Source: a virus. From it: a stretch of DNA of 64,000 nucleotides. The translations under genes were made by a program, and so were the position numbers. Under the pieces are notes generated by a model. It was not told the DNA's origin. It saw nothing but the letters and a program-made list of their open reading frames with translations, and ran no database searches. Positions 1 to 9,305 of the stretch are shown piece after piece. Each line of letters begins with the position of its first letter. The stretch's first letter is position 1. The stretch lies in IMG/VR virus record IMGVR_UViG_3300025138_000014, positions 87,330-151,329 of that record; one strand, 5' to 3'.

Positions 1-26
1 CATGATGGAAGTGAAAAGAGTACGTA

Positions 27-248
27 ATGGAAGGTGATATCGCAACAATGGGCGCTCTAATTGGCGCTGGACTAGCAACGTTCGGAATGGGTGGCGCCGC
101 CATCGCAGTAGGAATGATTGTTGGTAGTGTACTTAAAGTTATGCCCAAGAAGCCTGACTCTGGTACTATGTTTGTTGGTATTGCTTTTGCAGAAGCATTA
201 GGCATCTTTGCCTTTCTAACAGCATTGTTACTTATGTTCGCAGTCTAA
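27..248 (+). CDS. atpE: F0F1 ATP synthase subunit c (host-derived), altered loop
   Basis: Two hydrophobic helices, GAGLA..GMGGAA..VG, proton-binding Glu in FAEALGIF; N-terminus MEGDI and C-terminus LLLMFAV resemble Rhodobacteraceae AtpE. Confidence 0.92.
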   Translation: MEGDIATMGALIGAGLATFGMGGAAIAVGMIVGSVLKVMPKKPDSGTMFVGIAFAEALGIFAFLTALLLMFAV

Positions 249-460
249 TGGCTGAGAATCATTTTAGTGCAGAAGTGGTACAACGCATAGGCTTTTACTC
301 TTTTGCAACAATGTCTTCATTAATAGTAATATGTATTGCCTTTGGGTTTTATGCAGTATTACAAAAATTTAATGAACCAAGTTGGAAAGAGGCATGTATT
401 ACCAATGGCGGAGTTCCCGTCCAGATTGCAAAGTCAACATTCGACTGTAAAGTCATATAA
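248..460 (+). CDS. small single-TM membrane protein, translationally coupled to atpE
   Basis: TAATG overlap with atpE stop; hydrophobic segment; two C-terminal Cys. Confidence 0.65.
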   Translation: MAENHFSAEVVQRIGFYSFATMSSLIVICIAFGFYAVLQKFNEPSWKEACITNGGVPVQIAKSTFDCKVI

Positions 461-464
461 AATA

Positions 465-488
465 AAAAGAGGGCTTCGGCCCTCTTTT
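465..488 (+). terminator. rho-independent terminator, UUCG loop
   Basis: AAAAGAGGGC-TTCG-GCCCTCTTTT. Confidence 0.85.
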
Positions 489-492
489 GCTA

Positions 493-521
493 TTTACAAC
501 ACCGTCATAATAGTTTATAAT
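493..521 (+). promoter_or_regulatory. sigma70-like early promoter for gp43
   Basis: TTTACA-17nt-TATAAT. Confidence 0.8.
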
Positions 522-547
522 GATTATATCATAACGGAGTAATAATA

Positions 548-3043
548 TTGTCTTTTTACACATCAGTTAATCGTTACGGCAACTCTATCTTATATCGTGG
601 ATATAATGACTCTGGAGTTGCTACAGAAACAAAATATAAATTTACCCCTAAACTTTATATTCGATCTCAAGATACAAATACAGAATACAAAGCCCTAGAT
701 GGTACACCTGTAAAAGAAGTCAACTTTCCTAAAATGGCAGAAGCAAAAGAGTTTTGTGAACAGTACAAAGATATTAAAGATTTCAGCGTGTATGGTCAGA
801 CCAATTATATTCAACAGTTTATTACAGATAAGTTTCCCGGCAATATTATATTTAATCCTAAACAAGTTAATGTTGTAAACTTTGACATAGAAGTCGCTTC
901 CGATGAGGGTTTTCCTAGACCAGAAGAAGCATTGTTTCCAGTTATATCTATTGCTCTCAAGTCTAGCAAATCTTCCATATATGAAGTGTGGGGCCTTGGT
1001 GATTACGATCACGAGAAAACAGAATTGAATATGAATGGCGATCTTATTCGTTATAGAAAGTTTGATAGTGAGCAAGCACTTCTTGCCAGCTTCCATAAAT
1101 ATTGGTGTGAGAATAGACCAGATATTGTAACTGGCTGGAACTGTAGATTTTTTGATATACCATATATTATTAATAGATTGTATCGTATTGGTTCTCCAGA
1201 AGCAGTCAAAAGATTGTCTCCCTGGAACTTAGTAAATGAACGCAATACCAAAATCATGGGTAAAGAACAGCAAGGATATGAAATTGTTGGTATTCAACAA
1301 GCAGACTATCTTGAGCTGTTTAAAAAGTTTGGTTACTCTTATGGAACCCAAGAGTCATATGCATTAAATCATGTTGCATTTACTGTTCTTGGCGAGAAGA
1401 AATTATCATATGAAGAACATGGTAGTTTGCATACACTCTATGAAAAAGATCACCAAAAGTTTATTGATTATAACATTAAAGATGTTCAACTTGTTCAACG
1501 CATTGACGATAAGATGGGTCTTATTGAACTGGTACAAACTATGGCTTATCGTGCTGGTGTTAATATATCAGATACATTTGGTACTACGGCGATATGGGAT
1601 TCAATCATATATCGTTCACTAAATAGTCAAAAGATTGTTATCATGCCTATCACAGAAAAACAGAAACTACCTTACCCTGGTGGTTATGTAAAAGATCCAA
1701 AAGTTGGCATGCACGAGTGGGTTGTATCCTTTGACCTTAACTCACTATATCCAAATCTTATTGTACAATATAATATGTCTCCAGAAACAATCGTTGGTGG
1801 TTATCCCCTTGAGAATGGCGTAGAACATTATATGAACTGTGACAAAGTTGTTAGCGAATATGCTGTAGCAGCTAACGGTTCTCAATATAGAAAAGATAAG
1901 CAAGGCATTATCCCTAAAATTATTATTCAGTATTATTCAGAACGTAAAGAAGTCAAGAAGCGCATGTTAAAAGCGCAGAGTGATTATGAGAAGAATAAAA
2001 CCACAGAACTTGAAAGAGAAATCAATACACTTCATAACCAACAGATGGCTATTAAGATTTTGTTAAACAGTCTTTATGGCGCACTCGGTAATCGGTTCTT
2101 TAGATATTTTGATATGAGAATGGCCGAAGGTATTACTCTATCTGGTCAACTTTCTATCCTGTGGGCTGAACGTGCTATCAATGCAGAAATGAATAAAATT
2201 CTAAATACAACGGAGAAAGATTATGTTATTGCTATTGACACTGACTCAGTCTATATTAATTTTGGTCCTCTTATTGCTAAACTGGCGCCAGCGGACCCTG
2301 TTAAAGCACTGGACAAAATATGTAAGGAGCACTTCACTAAAATACTAGCTGACTCTTATGCTAAACTGTTTGATAATATGAATGGTTATGATAATAGAAT
2401 GGTTATGGAGCGTGAAGCAATTGCTGATAAAGCTATCTGGACTGCAAAGAAAAGATATATTTTAAACGTGCATAATAACGAAGGAGTCCAGTACAAAGAA
2501 CCTAAACTCAAGATCATGGGTATTGAAGCTGTTAAATCTTCGACACCTCAGGTTGTTAGAGACAAGTTCAAAGAAATTTTTGATGTTCTAATTAACGGTA
2601 CTGAAGTTACCACTCAGAAATACATAGCAGACTTCAGACGTGAATTCAATTCTCTACCTCCCGAAGCCGTATCATTTCCAAGAGGTGTGACTAATGTTAC
2701 AGATTGGATAGATAGAAAGACCATTTTCAAGAAAGGCTGTCCAATTCATGTTCGTGGTTCTATTCTATACAATAATACGGTCAAAAGTAAAGCAGTGGAC
2801 AAAAGATATGGTTTAATTCAGAATGGTGAGAAGATTAAGTTTGTTTATCTCAAGATGCCAAATCCAATAAAGCAAAATGTTATAGCATTTCCGCAATATC
2901 TGCCTACTGAATTAGCCCTGCATAAATACATTGACTACGATAAAATGTTTGAGAAAACTTTTATTGAACCTATTAAACCTATTCTGGACGCAATCGGATG
3001 GACTGTTGAAGATCAGATGACGCTGGAAGACTTTTTTGGATAA
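548..3043 (+). CDS. 43: family B DNA polymerase, T4 gp43-like
   Basis: Exo DIE, VTGWN..FD, YNIKD; Pol SFDLNSLYP, KILLNSLYG, DTDS; C-terminal clamp tail TLEDFFG; no intein or intron seen. Confidence 0.97.
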   Translation: MSFYTSVNRYGNSILYRGYNDSGVATETKYKFTPKLYIRSQDTNTEYKALDGTPVKEVNFPKMAEAKEFCEQYKDIKDFSVYGQTNYIQQFITDKFPGNIIFNPKQVNVVNFDIEVASDEGFPRPEEALFPVISIALKSSKSSIYEVWGLGDYDHEKTELNMNGDLIRYRKFDSEQALLASFHKYWCENRPDIVTGWNCRFFDIPYIINRLYRIGSPEAVKRLSPWNLVNERNTKIMGKEQQGYEIVGIQQADYLELFKKFGYSYGTQESYALNHVAFTVLGEKKLSYEEHGSLHTLYEKDHQKFIDYNIKDVQLVQRIDDKMGLIELVQTMAYRAGVNISDTFGTTAIWDSIIYRSLNSQKIVIMPITEKQKLPYPGGYVKDPKVGMHEWVVSFDLNSLYPNLIVQYNMSPETIVGGYPLENGVEHYMNCDKVVSEYAVAANGSQYRKDKQGIIPKIIIQYYSERKEVKKRMLKAQSDYEKNKTTELEREINTLHNQQMAIKILLNSLYGALGNRFFRYFDMRMAEGITLSGQLSILWAERAINAEMNKILNTTEKDYVIAIDTDSVYINFGPLIAKLAPADPVKALDKICKEHFTKILADSYAKLFDNMNGYDNRMVMEREAIADKAIWTAKKRYILNVHNNEGVQYKEPKLKIMGIEAVKSSTPQVVRDKFKEIFDVLINGTEVTTQKYIADFRREFNSLPPEAVSFPRGVTNVTDWIDRKTIFKKGCPIHVRGSILYNNTVKSKAVDKRYGLIQNGEKIKFVYLKMPNPIKQNVIAFPQYLPTELALHKYIDYDKMFEKTFIEPIKPILDAIGWTVEDQMTLEDFFG

Positions 3044-3051
3044 GGAAATAA

Positions 3052-3759
3052 ATGAAACATTATATTTTTGATATTGACGGAACTTTAACTCCAAGCCGTG
3101 GCAGAATTGATCCAGAGTTTGAAACATTTTTTAAAAGTTTTATCAATAAGAATAAAGTGTCTTTAGTTACTGGGTCAGATAGACCAAAAACTTTAGAACA
3201 AATTGGTATTGAAATCTCTGATAGTGTTGATACAATGTATCAATGCTCTGGTAATCACATTTGGAAAAAAGGTAAAGAGGTATCAAGAATAGATTGGCGC
3301 TTACCACATAAAGTGGTTCAATGGCTTTTAATAACTCTTGAGAATAGCAGCTATTCAAAAAGAACCGGTGATCATCTTGAAGAAAGAGTTGGTCTTGCCA
3401 ATTTCTCCATAGTGGGAAGAAAAGCAGATGCACGTCAAAGAAAAGCATATGTAAAATATGATACTAACGTGGGGGAACGTAAGCTAATTGCTTACAGATT
3501 TAATGAAAAATTTGGTAAAAAACTTAAAGCACAGGTTGCTGGAGAAACTGGTATAGATATTATCCCACTTGGTTGTGATAAGTCTCAAATATTAAAACAG
3601 ATACCACTTGATGATACAATAATCTTTTTTGGGGATAAGACTGAACTAGGTGGCAATGACTATGAAATTGCACAAGCTGTGGATAAAAGATTAAACGGAC
3701 ACTTCCATACAGTCACTGAATGGAAACATACATATAGTATATTGAAAGAGGAAATATAA
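3052..3759 (+). CDS. HAD IIB phosphatase/phosphomannomutase-like
   Basis: FDIDGTLT, VTGSD, NFSIVGR, FFGDK..GGND, as in eukaryote-type PMM. Confidence 0.8.
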   Translation: MKHYIFDIDGTLTPSRGRIDPEFETFFKSFINKNKVSLVTGSDRPKTLEQIGIEISDSVDTMYQCSGNHIWKKGKEVSRIDWRLPHKVVQWLLITLENSSYSKRTGDHLEERVGLANFSIVGRKADARQRKAYVKYDTNVGERKLIAYRFNEKFGKKLKAQVAGETGIDIIPLGCDKSQILKQIPLDDTIIFFGDKTELGGNDYEIAQAVDKRLNGHFHTVTEWKHTYSILKEEI

Positions 3760-4067
3760 TGAACGAAGTAGCACATTACGAAGAACTTATTGCACAGTGG
3801 CACCATGACCGCAATCTAATTAACGGAAGTACCGATAAAGATCAATATATGAAGTTGATTCAAGAAGCAGGTGAGTTGTCTGATAACATCTGCAAGGGCA
3901 GAGATATTCGTGACGACATTGGTGATATGATGGTAGTATTAATTAATATTGCAGAGCGTAATAAATTAACTCTTGCAGAATGTCTTAAAGTAGCATATGA
4001 TGATATTAAAGACCGAAAGGGTAAAATGATTGACGGAGTATTTGTCAAAGAAAGTGATTTACAATAG
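3759..4067 (+). CDS. mazG: MazG-like nucleotide pyrophosphohydrolase
   Basis: KLIQEAGEL...DDIGDMMVVL...AYDDIKDRKGK. Confidence 0.85.
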   Translation: MNEVAHYEELIAQWHHDRNLINGSTDKDQYMKLIQEAGELSDNICKGRDIRDDIGDMMVVLINIAERNKLTLAECLKVAYDDIKDRKGKMIDGVFVKESDLQ

Positions 4068-4086
4068 TGTTGGATTATGTTATAAT
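4058..4086 (+). promoter_or_regulatory. early promoter
   Basis: TTTACA-17-TATAAT. Confidence 0.8.
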
Positions 4087-4105
4087 AAGACAATAAGGAG
4101 AATAC

Positions 4106-5047
4106 ATGACTGATTACACTCAACCAAAATATCCAATTTATATTATTTCTAAAGGACGTGCAGACTCTAGGTTCACATCTAAAACTTTAGATGAACTTAA
4201 TGTACCATATCGTATTGTTATTGAGCAATCTGAATACAAAGATTATAATAAGAATATTCCAGCAGAGAAAATTTTGGTATTACCTGAAGGGTTTCGTGAA
4301 AATCCAAATTATGCTTTTCCAGATGCAGCTGGTCGGATGGGTGGTTCTATTCCAGCCAGAAACTTTGTATGGGAACACTCCATATCTGAAGGTCACAAGC
4401 GGCATTGGATTATGGATGATAACATTAGGCACTTTTATAGAGTGCATCAAAATCTAAAAACAATTGTTACATCTGGTAATACTATTAGAGCATGTGAAGA
4501 TTTCACAGATCGTTTTAAAGATGTAGCAATGTCTGGTATGAACTATCAGTATTTTGTTCCAGCTTCCCAAGCTAAAAAAGCATACACATTAAACACTAGA
4601 GTGTATTCTTGTATTCTACTCCGCAATGATATTAAACATCGTTGGCGTGGTAGATATAATGAAGATACTGATTTGAGCATAAATATTTTAAAAGACAATC
4701 ATAATACAATTTTATTTAATGCATTTGTTTGTGGAAAAATGACTACTCTTACAATGGGTGGCGGTAATACCGATAATGTTTATATTGATCAAGACAATAG
4801 ACGGACCTTTGCTGAAGCACTAAAAGAACAGCATCCCGATATTGTAGAAATAGTTTATAGGTACCGACGTTGGCACCATCACGTTGATTACTCTGGTTTT
4901 AAAAAGAATAAACTTGAGTTACGTGATGACTATGTTAAGAAAACTGGTATAAATGAATATGGAATGAAGATGGTTAAATTAACCGAAGCACAGCACGAGT
5001 TGCATAAAGCGACCTTCGGCAATACGGAGAATAGATATTATGACTAA
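4106..5047 (+). CDS. GT-A fold glycosyltransferase, TET/JBP-associated (TAGT/GREB1-like) DNA-modifying type
   Basis: YPIYIISKGRA, ARNFVWEHS, WIMDDNI, YSCIL, YNEDTDLS, GGNT. Confidence 0.8.
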   Translation: MTDYTQPKYPIYIISKGRADSRFTSKTLDELNVPYRIVIEQSEYKDYNKNIPAEKILVLPEGFRENPNYAFPDAAGRMGGSIPARNFVWEHSISEGHKRHWIMDDNIRHFYRVHQNLKTIVTSGNTIRACEDFTDRFKDVAMSGMNYQYFVPASQAKKAYTLNTRVYSCILLRNDIKHRWRGRYNEDTDLSINILKDNHNTILFNAFVCGKMTTLTMGGGNTDNVYIDQDNRRTFAEALKEQHPDIVEIVYRYRRWHHHVDYSGFKKNKLELRDDYVKKTGINEYGMKMVKLTEAQHELHKATFGNTENRYYD

Positions 5048-5315
5048 AAAGAGTAAAGCATCAAGCTTGTTTGTACTTGATGGAACCGAGGAAGATTACG
5101 CACAAAACTACTGGGAAGATATGCCAGAGTTTGAGCAGAATGATTTAGATATTTATGGATCAATGAATATTGCTTTTCGTACAGAAGAGGACTTCAGAGC
5201 ATTTGTTCAACTTATTGAACAGCCGAGTGTATCTATTAAATCACGTGGAGTTTACTACCCAGTTAGAGCAAAGAGTGAGAACACATTGCTCCGTTGGATG
5301 CCTGATGAAGAATAA
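5040..5315 (+). CDS. small acidic partner protein of the glycosyltransferase
   Basis: Overlaps GT stop; W-x-x-MPEF-x-Q motif. Confidence 0.65.
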   Translation: MTKKSKASSLFVLDGTEEDYAQNYWEDMPEFEQNDLDIYGSMNIAFRTEEDFRAFVQLIEQPSVSIKSRGVYYPVRAKSENTLLRWMPDEE

Positions 5316-5317
5316 AC

Positions 5318-5346
5318 TTTACAGAAACCTTTAAATGTGATATAAT
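5318..5346 (+). promoter_or_regulatory. early promoter
   Basis: TTTACA-17-TATAAT. Confidence 0.75.
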
Positions 5347-5352
5347 TATATT

Positions 5353-6273
5353 ATGATAGACATTACAATATTTAAAAATCAATTCGACAATAAGACTCAT
5401 CGTAAGATGAGCTTTGCCGATAAAGATCAGTTTCTTGGATTTCTATCACAGTTATCAAAGAAACCCTTGGAGGGTAAAAGAAATGCGCAACTTATTAGTC
5501 CGGCTGTATATGTCGATGGTTCTACTAGAGCCAACAAAAATGTTTCTCATTGGGCAGGTTGGTGTGCTGTTGATGTTGACGATTATGTCTTTGAAGGAAA
5601 ACTGAAGGAAGTTTTAGATGAAAAACTCTCATGGGGGTATATTTGCTACAGTACTGCTAGCAGCACGATTGAACAACCAAAATTTAGATTGGTTTTCCAA
5701 ATCAAAGGAAACGTCCCCGCTGAAAGAATTAGACACTTCTGGTTTGCGCTCAACCAAGAACTTGAAGGAATGGGAGATAAACAGACTAAGGATCTCAGCC
5801 GAATGTACTTCATACCGGCCGAGTACAAAGATGCGAATAATTTCTTTTTCAGTAATCCTGGCGTGTCTATTGATCCCTATGAGTTAATGTCTCGGCATGA
5901 GTATAATGAAAAGAAAAACTCAAATAACTTTTTGGATAGACTACCAGAAAGTTTACAAGAACAAGTAATTGCTTATAGACAAACTCAATTAACTAATACC
6001 GATATCACTTGGACTTCTTATCTTGATTGCCCATTCTGGCCAAAACACTTAGCAACAGAATATATGATGATTGCTGGAGAAGGTTGGTATCGTAAGATGT
6101 ATGCAATTATGGTTAGAGTAGCAGCTACTGCTATCTATAGAGAGTATCCAATTACTGCTGATGAAATTGCTACACTATGTAAACAATTTGATATGGCTAA
6201 CGGTAACTGGTATGAAAACCGACCAATGAGAACTGAAGCAGATCGTGCTTTAGAATATGTACACAGAAATTAA
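5353..6273 (+). CDS. AEP-superfamily primase/polymerase-like protein
   Basis: R..NV, AVDVDD (DxD), YSTASS..PKFRLVF, KDLSRMYF. Confidence 0.65.
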   Translation: MIDITIFKNQFDNKTHRKMSFADKDQFLGFLSQLSKKPLEGKRNAQLISPAVYVDGSTRANKNVSHWAGWCAVDVDDYVFEGKLKEVLDEKLSWGYICYSTASSTIEQPKFRLVFQIKGNVPAERIRHFWFALNQELEGMGDKQTKDLSRMYFIPAEYKDANNFFFSNPGVSIDPYELMSRHEYNEKKNSNNFLDRLPESLQEQVIAYRQTQLTNTDITWTSYLDCPFWPKHLATEYMMIAGEGWYRKMYAIMVRVAATAIYREYPITADEIATLCKQFDMANGNWYENRPMRTEADRALEYVHRN

Positions 6274-6276
6274 TGA

Positions 6277-6305
6277 TTTACAATAACCGAAAAATGTGAT
6301 ATACT
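6277..6305 (+). promoter_or_regulatory. early promoter
   Basis: TTTACA-17-TATACT. Confidence 0.7.
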
Positions 6306-6350
6306 TACAGAATATTATTCACTAAATTTATATTATGGAGATTACAGAAT

Positions 6351-6857
6351 ATGGAGACTATTGCTCAACGTATGCGCAAAGTTGGTACTTACCTCGGATA
6401 CTTTGATATCCAACCCTATGAGAATGTGAATGAAGATAGTCCTAATTTTGGTGTATCTTACGACAGACTTATTTTCCACGCAGTACTTAAACGGCGAGAG
6501 TTTATCGCCTTTGGTGATCTAGTGTATTTTATGTACATTAACAATGATCTAGTCAAAGTCGGTAAAGCCGAAGGTGCTATTGGCTGGGCTGGTAGAATGA
6601 ACACTTACAGAAAAGATCCTGCTGACGATGCTACCAATAAAAAAATTATGGATATTATGAAAGAGGACTATAGTGTTGTAGAACCCATTTATGTGTATGC
6701 TATTTCAGTTCCAAGAGTTTCTTCAGATTACTATTGCAACTTAACAGATTCTGCAGTATGTGTATCAATACCACGTGCAGGTAAAGTTGAGACATATCTC
6801 ACTGAATGTGTAGAGGCTCAAGGTGAACAATTAATCTTTTGCAATCAAAAAACCTAA
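6351..6857 (+). CDS. GIY-YIG endonuclease, T4 endonuclease II (DenA)-like
   Basis: LVYFMYINNDLVKVGKA...RMNTYR resembles DenA VIY.IAINDELVYIGK..RINYYR. Confidence 0.6.
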   Translation: METIAQRMRKVGTYLGYFDIQPYENVNEDSPNFGVSYDRLIFHAVLKRREFIAFGDLVYFMYINNDLVKVGKAEGAIGWAGRMNTYRKDPADDATNKKIMDIMKEDYSVVEPIYVYAISVPRVSSDYYCNLTDSAVCVSIPRAGKVETYLTECVEAQGEQLIFCNQKT

Positions 6858-6897
6858 TCATATATATAATGTATAAACAAAATTTGAAGGATATAAC

Positions 6898-7734
6898 ATG
6901 AAGAACAAAGTTGCCATTCTCGGTCACGGGTATGTAGGTAAAGCAGTAGAGTACGGCTTTTCAAATAAAAAGAATAAAATCCAATTAATTGATCCACATC
7001 TTTATGATAACTGTGTTGAAGATATTGAAGATCCAACTGTATCATTTGTATGTGTACCTACACCGATGAGTAGTGATGGCAATATTGATTCTAGTATCGT
7101 CGAAGAAGTAACCGAACAATTGATGATTCGTACTTCTGGTTTAATTGTTATCAAGTCTACAGTAATACCATCAGTAGTGAAAAGATTAAGCGATAAAAAT
7201 CATAGAGTAATTTATAACCCAGAATTTTTAACTGAAAGAAATGCTCTTATTGATTTTGTTAATCCTCCAATGCACGTATTTGGCGGACACGAAAATGAGA
7301 CAGAGCAGCTACATAAATTCTATACAACTAATAGCCGTTGTAAACCTGCTCCAATTTTTAAGATGAGTGCTGCAGAAGCAGCTTTTGTAAAATACGGAAT
7401 TAATAGTTTCCTTGCAACAAAGGTACTATGGTTCAATCAATATAAGGATATGATAGATGACTTTGGAGCTGATTTTGATAACATTTCTAGCGCTATCGGT
7501 TCTGATCCCAGAATTGGCCAATCTCACACTCAAGTTCCTGGCCCTGACGGTCGTGCTGGGTTTGGCGGCGCTTGTTTCCCCAAGGATACATCAGCTCTTA
7601 TCGGATTTGATCACGGTAATATCCTCAGCGTTCTAAAATTAGTCGTGCAGGAAAACAGTGTTTATCGTAACCAGTATGAGTTAGATAGCCGAGAAAAAGA
7701 ACAGAATGTTGTTTACATTGAGTCAAATGTATAG
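6898..7734 (+). CDS. ugd: UDP-glucose 6-dehydrogenase (short form)
   Basis: GHGYVG, CVPTP, IKST, NPEFL, GFGGACFPKD. Confidence 0.9.
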   Translation: MKNKVAILGHGYVGKAVEYGFSNKKNKIQLIDPHLYDNCVEDIEDPTVSFVCVPTPMSSDGNIDSSIVEEVTEQLMIRTSGLIVIKSTVIPSVVKRLSDKNHRVIYNPEFLTERNALIDFVNPPMHVFGGHENETEQLHKFYTTNSRCKPAPIFKMSAAEAAFVKYGINSFLATKVLWFNQYKDMIDDFGADFDNISSAIGSDPRIGQSHTQVPGPDGRAGFGGACFPKDTSALIGFDHGNILSVLKLVVQENSVYRNQYELDSREKEQNVVYIESNV

Positions 7735-7740
7735 TATAAT
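7712..7740 (+). promoter_or_regulatory. early promoter
   Basis: TTTACA-17-TATAAT. Confidence 0.75.
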
Positions 7741-7763
7741 AGACAGATTATAAGGAAGTTAAA

Positions 7764-8732
7764 ATGAAAAAACATATAATGGTAACAGGTGGTGCAGGCT
7801 TTATTGCTTACCATCTAATACAAAAACTTATTAAAGATGGCTATGAAGTATCTGCATTCGACAACTACAATGATTATTATGATCCAAAGTTGAAACATAA
7901 ACGTGCAGAGGAATTAATGTCTCTTGTTAATGTAGATGTACTTAATTGTGATCTAAAACAAGAAGAGGATCTGACTGATCTAGTTAGTGCTTACAAACCA
8001 GATGCTATTATCCATTTAGCTGCTTATGCTGGCGTAAGACATTCTTTGAGTGAACCACAAACATACATTGATAATAATATTACTGGAACACAAAATCTTA
8101 TTAATGCTTGTGAAAAAGCAGATGTTCAGCATGTAGTGTATGCTTCAACTTCTTGTACTATGGCGGGTAATGAATTACCGTGGAATGAAGATGAGAAAAC
8201 TGGTTATCAATTGAACCCATATGGCTATTCTAAATCAGCTAATGAAAACCAGATGATGTCCAGTAAAATTAAATTTACAACTGGTCTTCGGTTCTTTACT
8301 GTTTACGGACCATGGGGTCGCCCAGATATGGCTCTATTTGACTTTACTAAAGATATTATTGCAGGTACACCAATCAAGCTATTTAACTATGGCGACATGG
8401 TTCGTGATTTTACTTATGTAGATGATATTGTACAAGGCGTTGGCTTAGTTCTAAAAGATAGTTTTGATCGTGATAGTGAAGATACATTCGGCGAGATATA
8501 TAATATTGGTTACGGAGACCAAGTTAAGTTATTTGATTTTGTAACTGAGATTGAAGCTAATCTTGGTCGTGTAGCACAACGCGAGTTAGTTAAAATGCAT
8601 CCAGCCGATACACGTGAAACTTGGTCCGATACAACTAAAATTCGGAAGCTAGGTTACAATCCTACTACATCTATTGAAGATGGAGTGGCTAATTTTATAA
8701 CATGGTATAAAGGATATTATAATGTCAACTGA
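7764..8732 (+). CDS. NAD-dependent epimerase, UDP-glucuronate 4-epimerase-like
   Basis: TGGAGFI, DNYNDYYDPKLK, HLAAYAGVRHS, YGYSK, RFFTVYGPWGRPDMA, RDFTYVDD. Confidence 0.88.
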   Translation: MKKHIMVTGGAGFIAYHLIQKLIKDGYEVSAFDNYNDYYDPKLKHKRAEELMSLVNVDVLNCDLKQEEDLTDLVSAYKPDAIIHLAAYAGVRHSLSEPQTYIDNNITGTQNLINACEKADVQHVVYASTSCTMAGNELPWNEDEKTGYQLNPYGYSKSANENQMMSSKIKFTTGLRFFTVYGPWGRPDMALFDFTKDIIAGTPIKLFNYGDMVRDFTYVDDIVQGVGLVLKDSFDRDSEDTFGEIYNIGYGDQVKLFDFVTEIEANLGRVAQRELVKMHPADTRETWSDTTKIRKLGYNPTTSIEDGVANFITWYKGYYNVN

Positions 8733-8892
8733 TGCAGCAACACAACTTATGACTGAAGCCGCTAAATTTCATGGAATTACATATGCACAACTTCGGCATA
8801 GAATTACATCTGGTGGCGAAAGCCTTATGCAACCATATTATGAAAGCAAAAGCTGGAAAGATTTATATAAAGTAGCAGAACAATGCGAGTAG
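8722..8892 (+). CDS. small hypothetical protein (56 aa, not in ORF track)
   Basis: ATG with AGGA SD, fills gap between epimerase and cytidylyltransferase. Confidence 0.55.
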   Translation: MSTDAATQLMTEAAKFHGITYAQLRHRITSGGESLMQPYYESKSWKDLYKVAEQCE

Positions 8893-9305
8893 GTATTACA
8901 GCCTCAACCTTTGATTTGCTTCATGCTGGTCACGTTGCTATGCTTCGAGAAGCTAAAGAGCAATGTGATCACCTAATCTGTGCACTACAGATTGATCCTA
9001 CAATTGATAGAATAGAAAAGAACAAACCTATTCAAACTGTAGTTGAAAGATATACTCAGCTGGCAGCAGTAAGATATGTAGATGAAGTTATTGTATATTC
9101 TACAGAACAAGACTTACTAGATATTTTACAAATGTATCCAATTAATGTACGGATCTTAGGAGACGAATACAAGCTAAAAGAATTTACAGGAAAAAATGAA
9201 TGCCGTAAACTCGGCATTGAATTACATTTTAATAGCAGAAATCACAGGTTCTCAACATCAGATTTAAGAGAACGTGTCTGCAATGAGAGGAAAAAAACCA
9301 AATGA
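8883..9305 (+). CDS. glycerol-3-phosphate-type cytidylyltransferase
   Basis: FDLLHAGH, ERY.QL.A..YVDE, R.H.FSTS. Confidence 0.88.
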   Translation: MRVGITASTFDLLHAGHVAMLREAKEQCDHLICALQIDPTIDRIEKNKPIQTVVERYTQLAAVRYVDEVIVYSTEQDLLDILQMYPINVRILGDEYKLKEFTGKNECRKLGIELHFNSRNHRFSTSDLRERVCNERKKTK

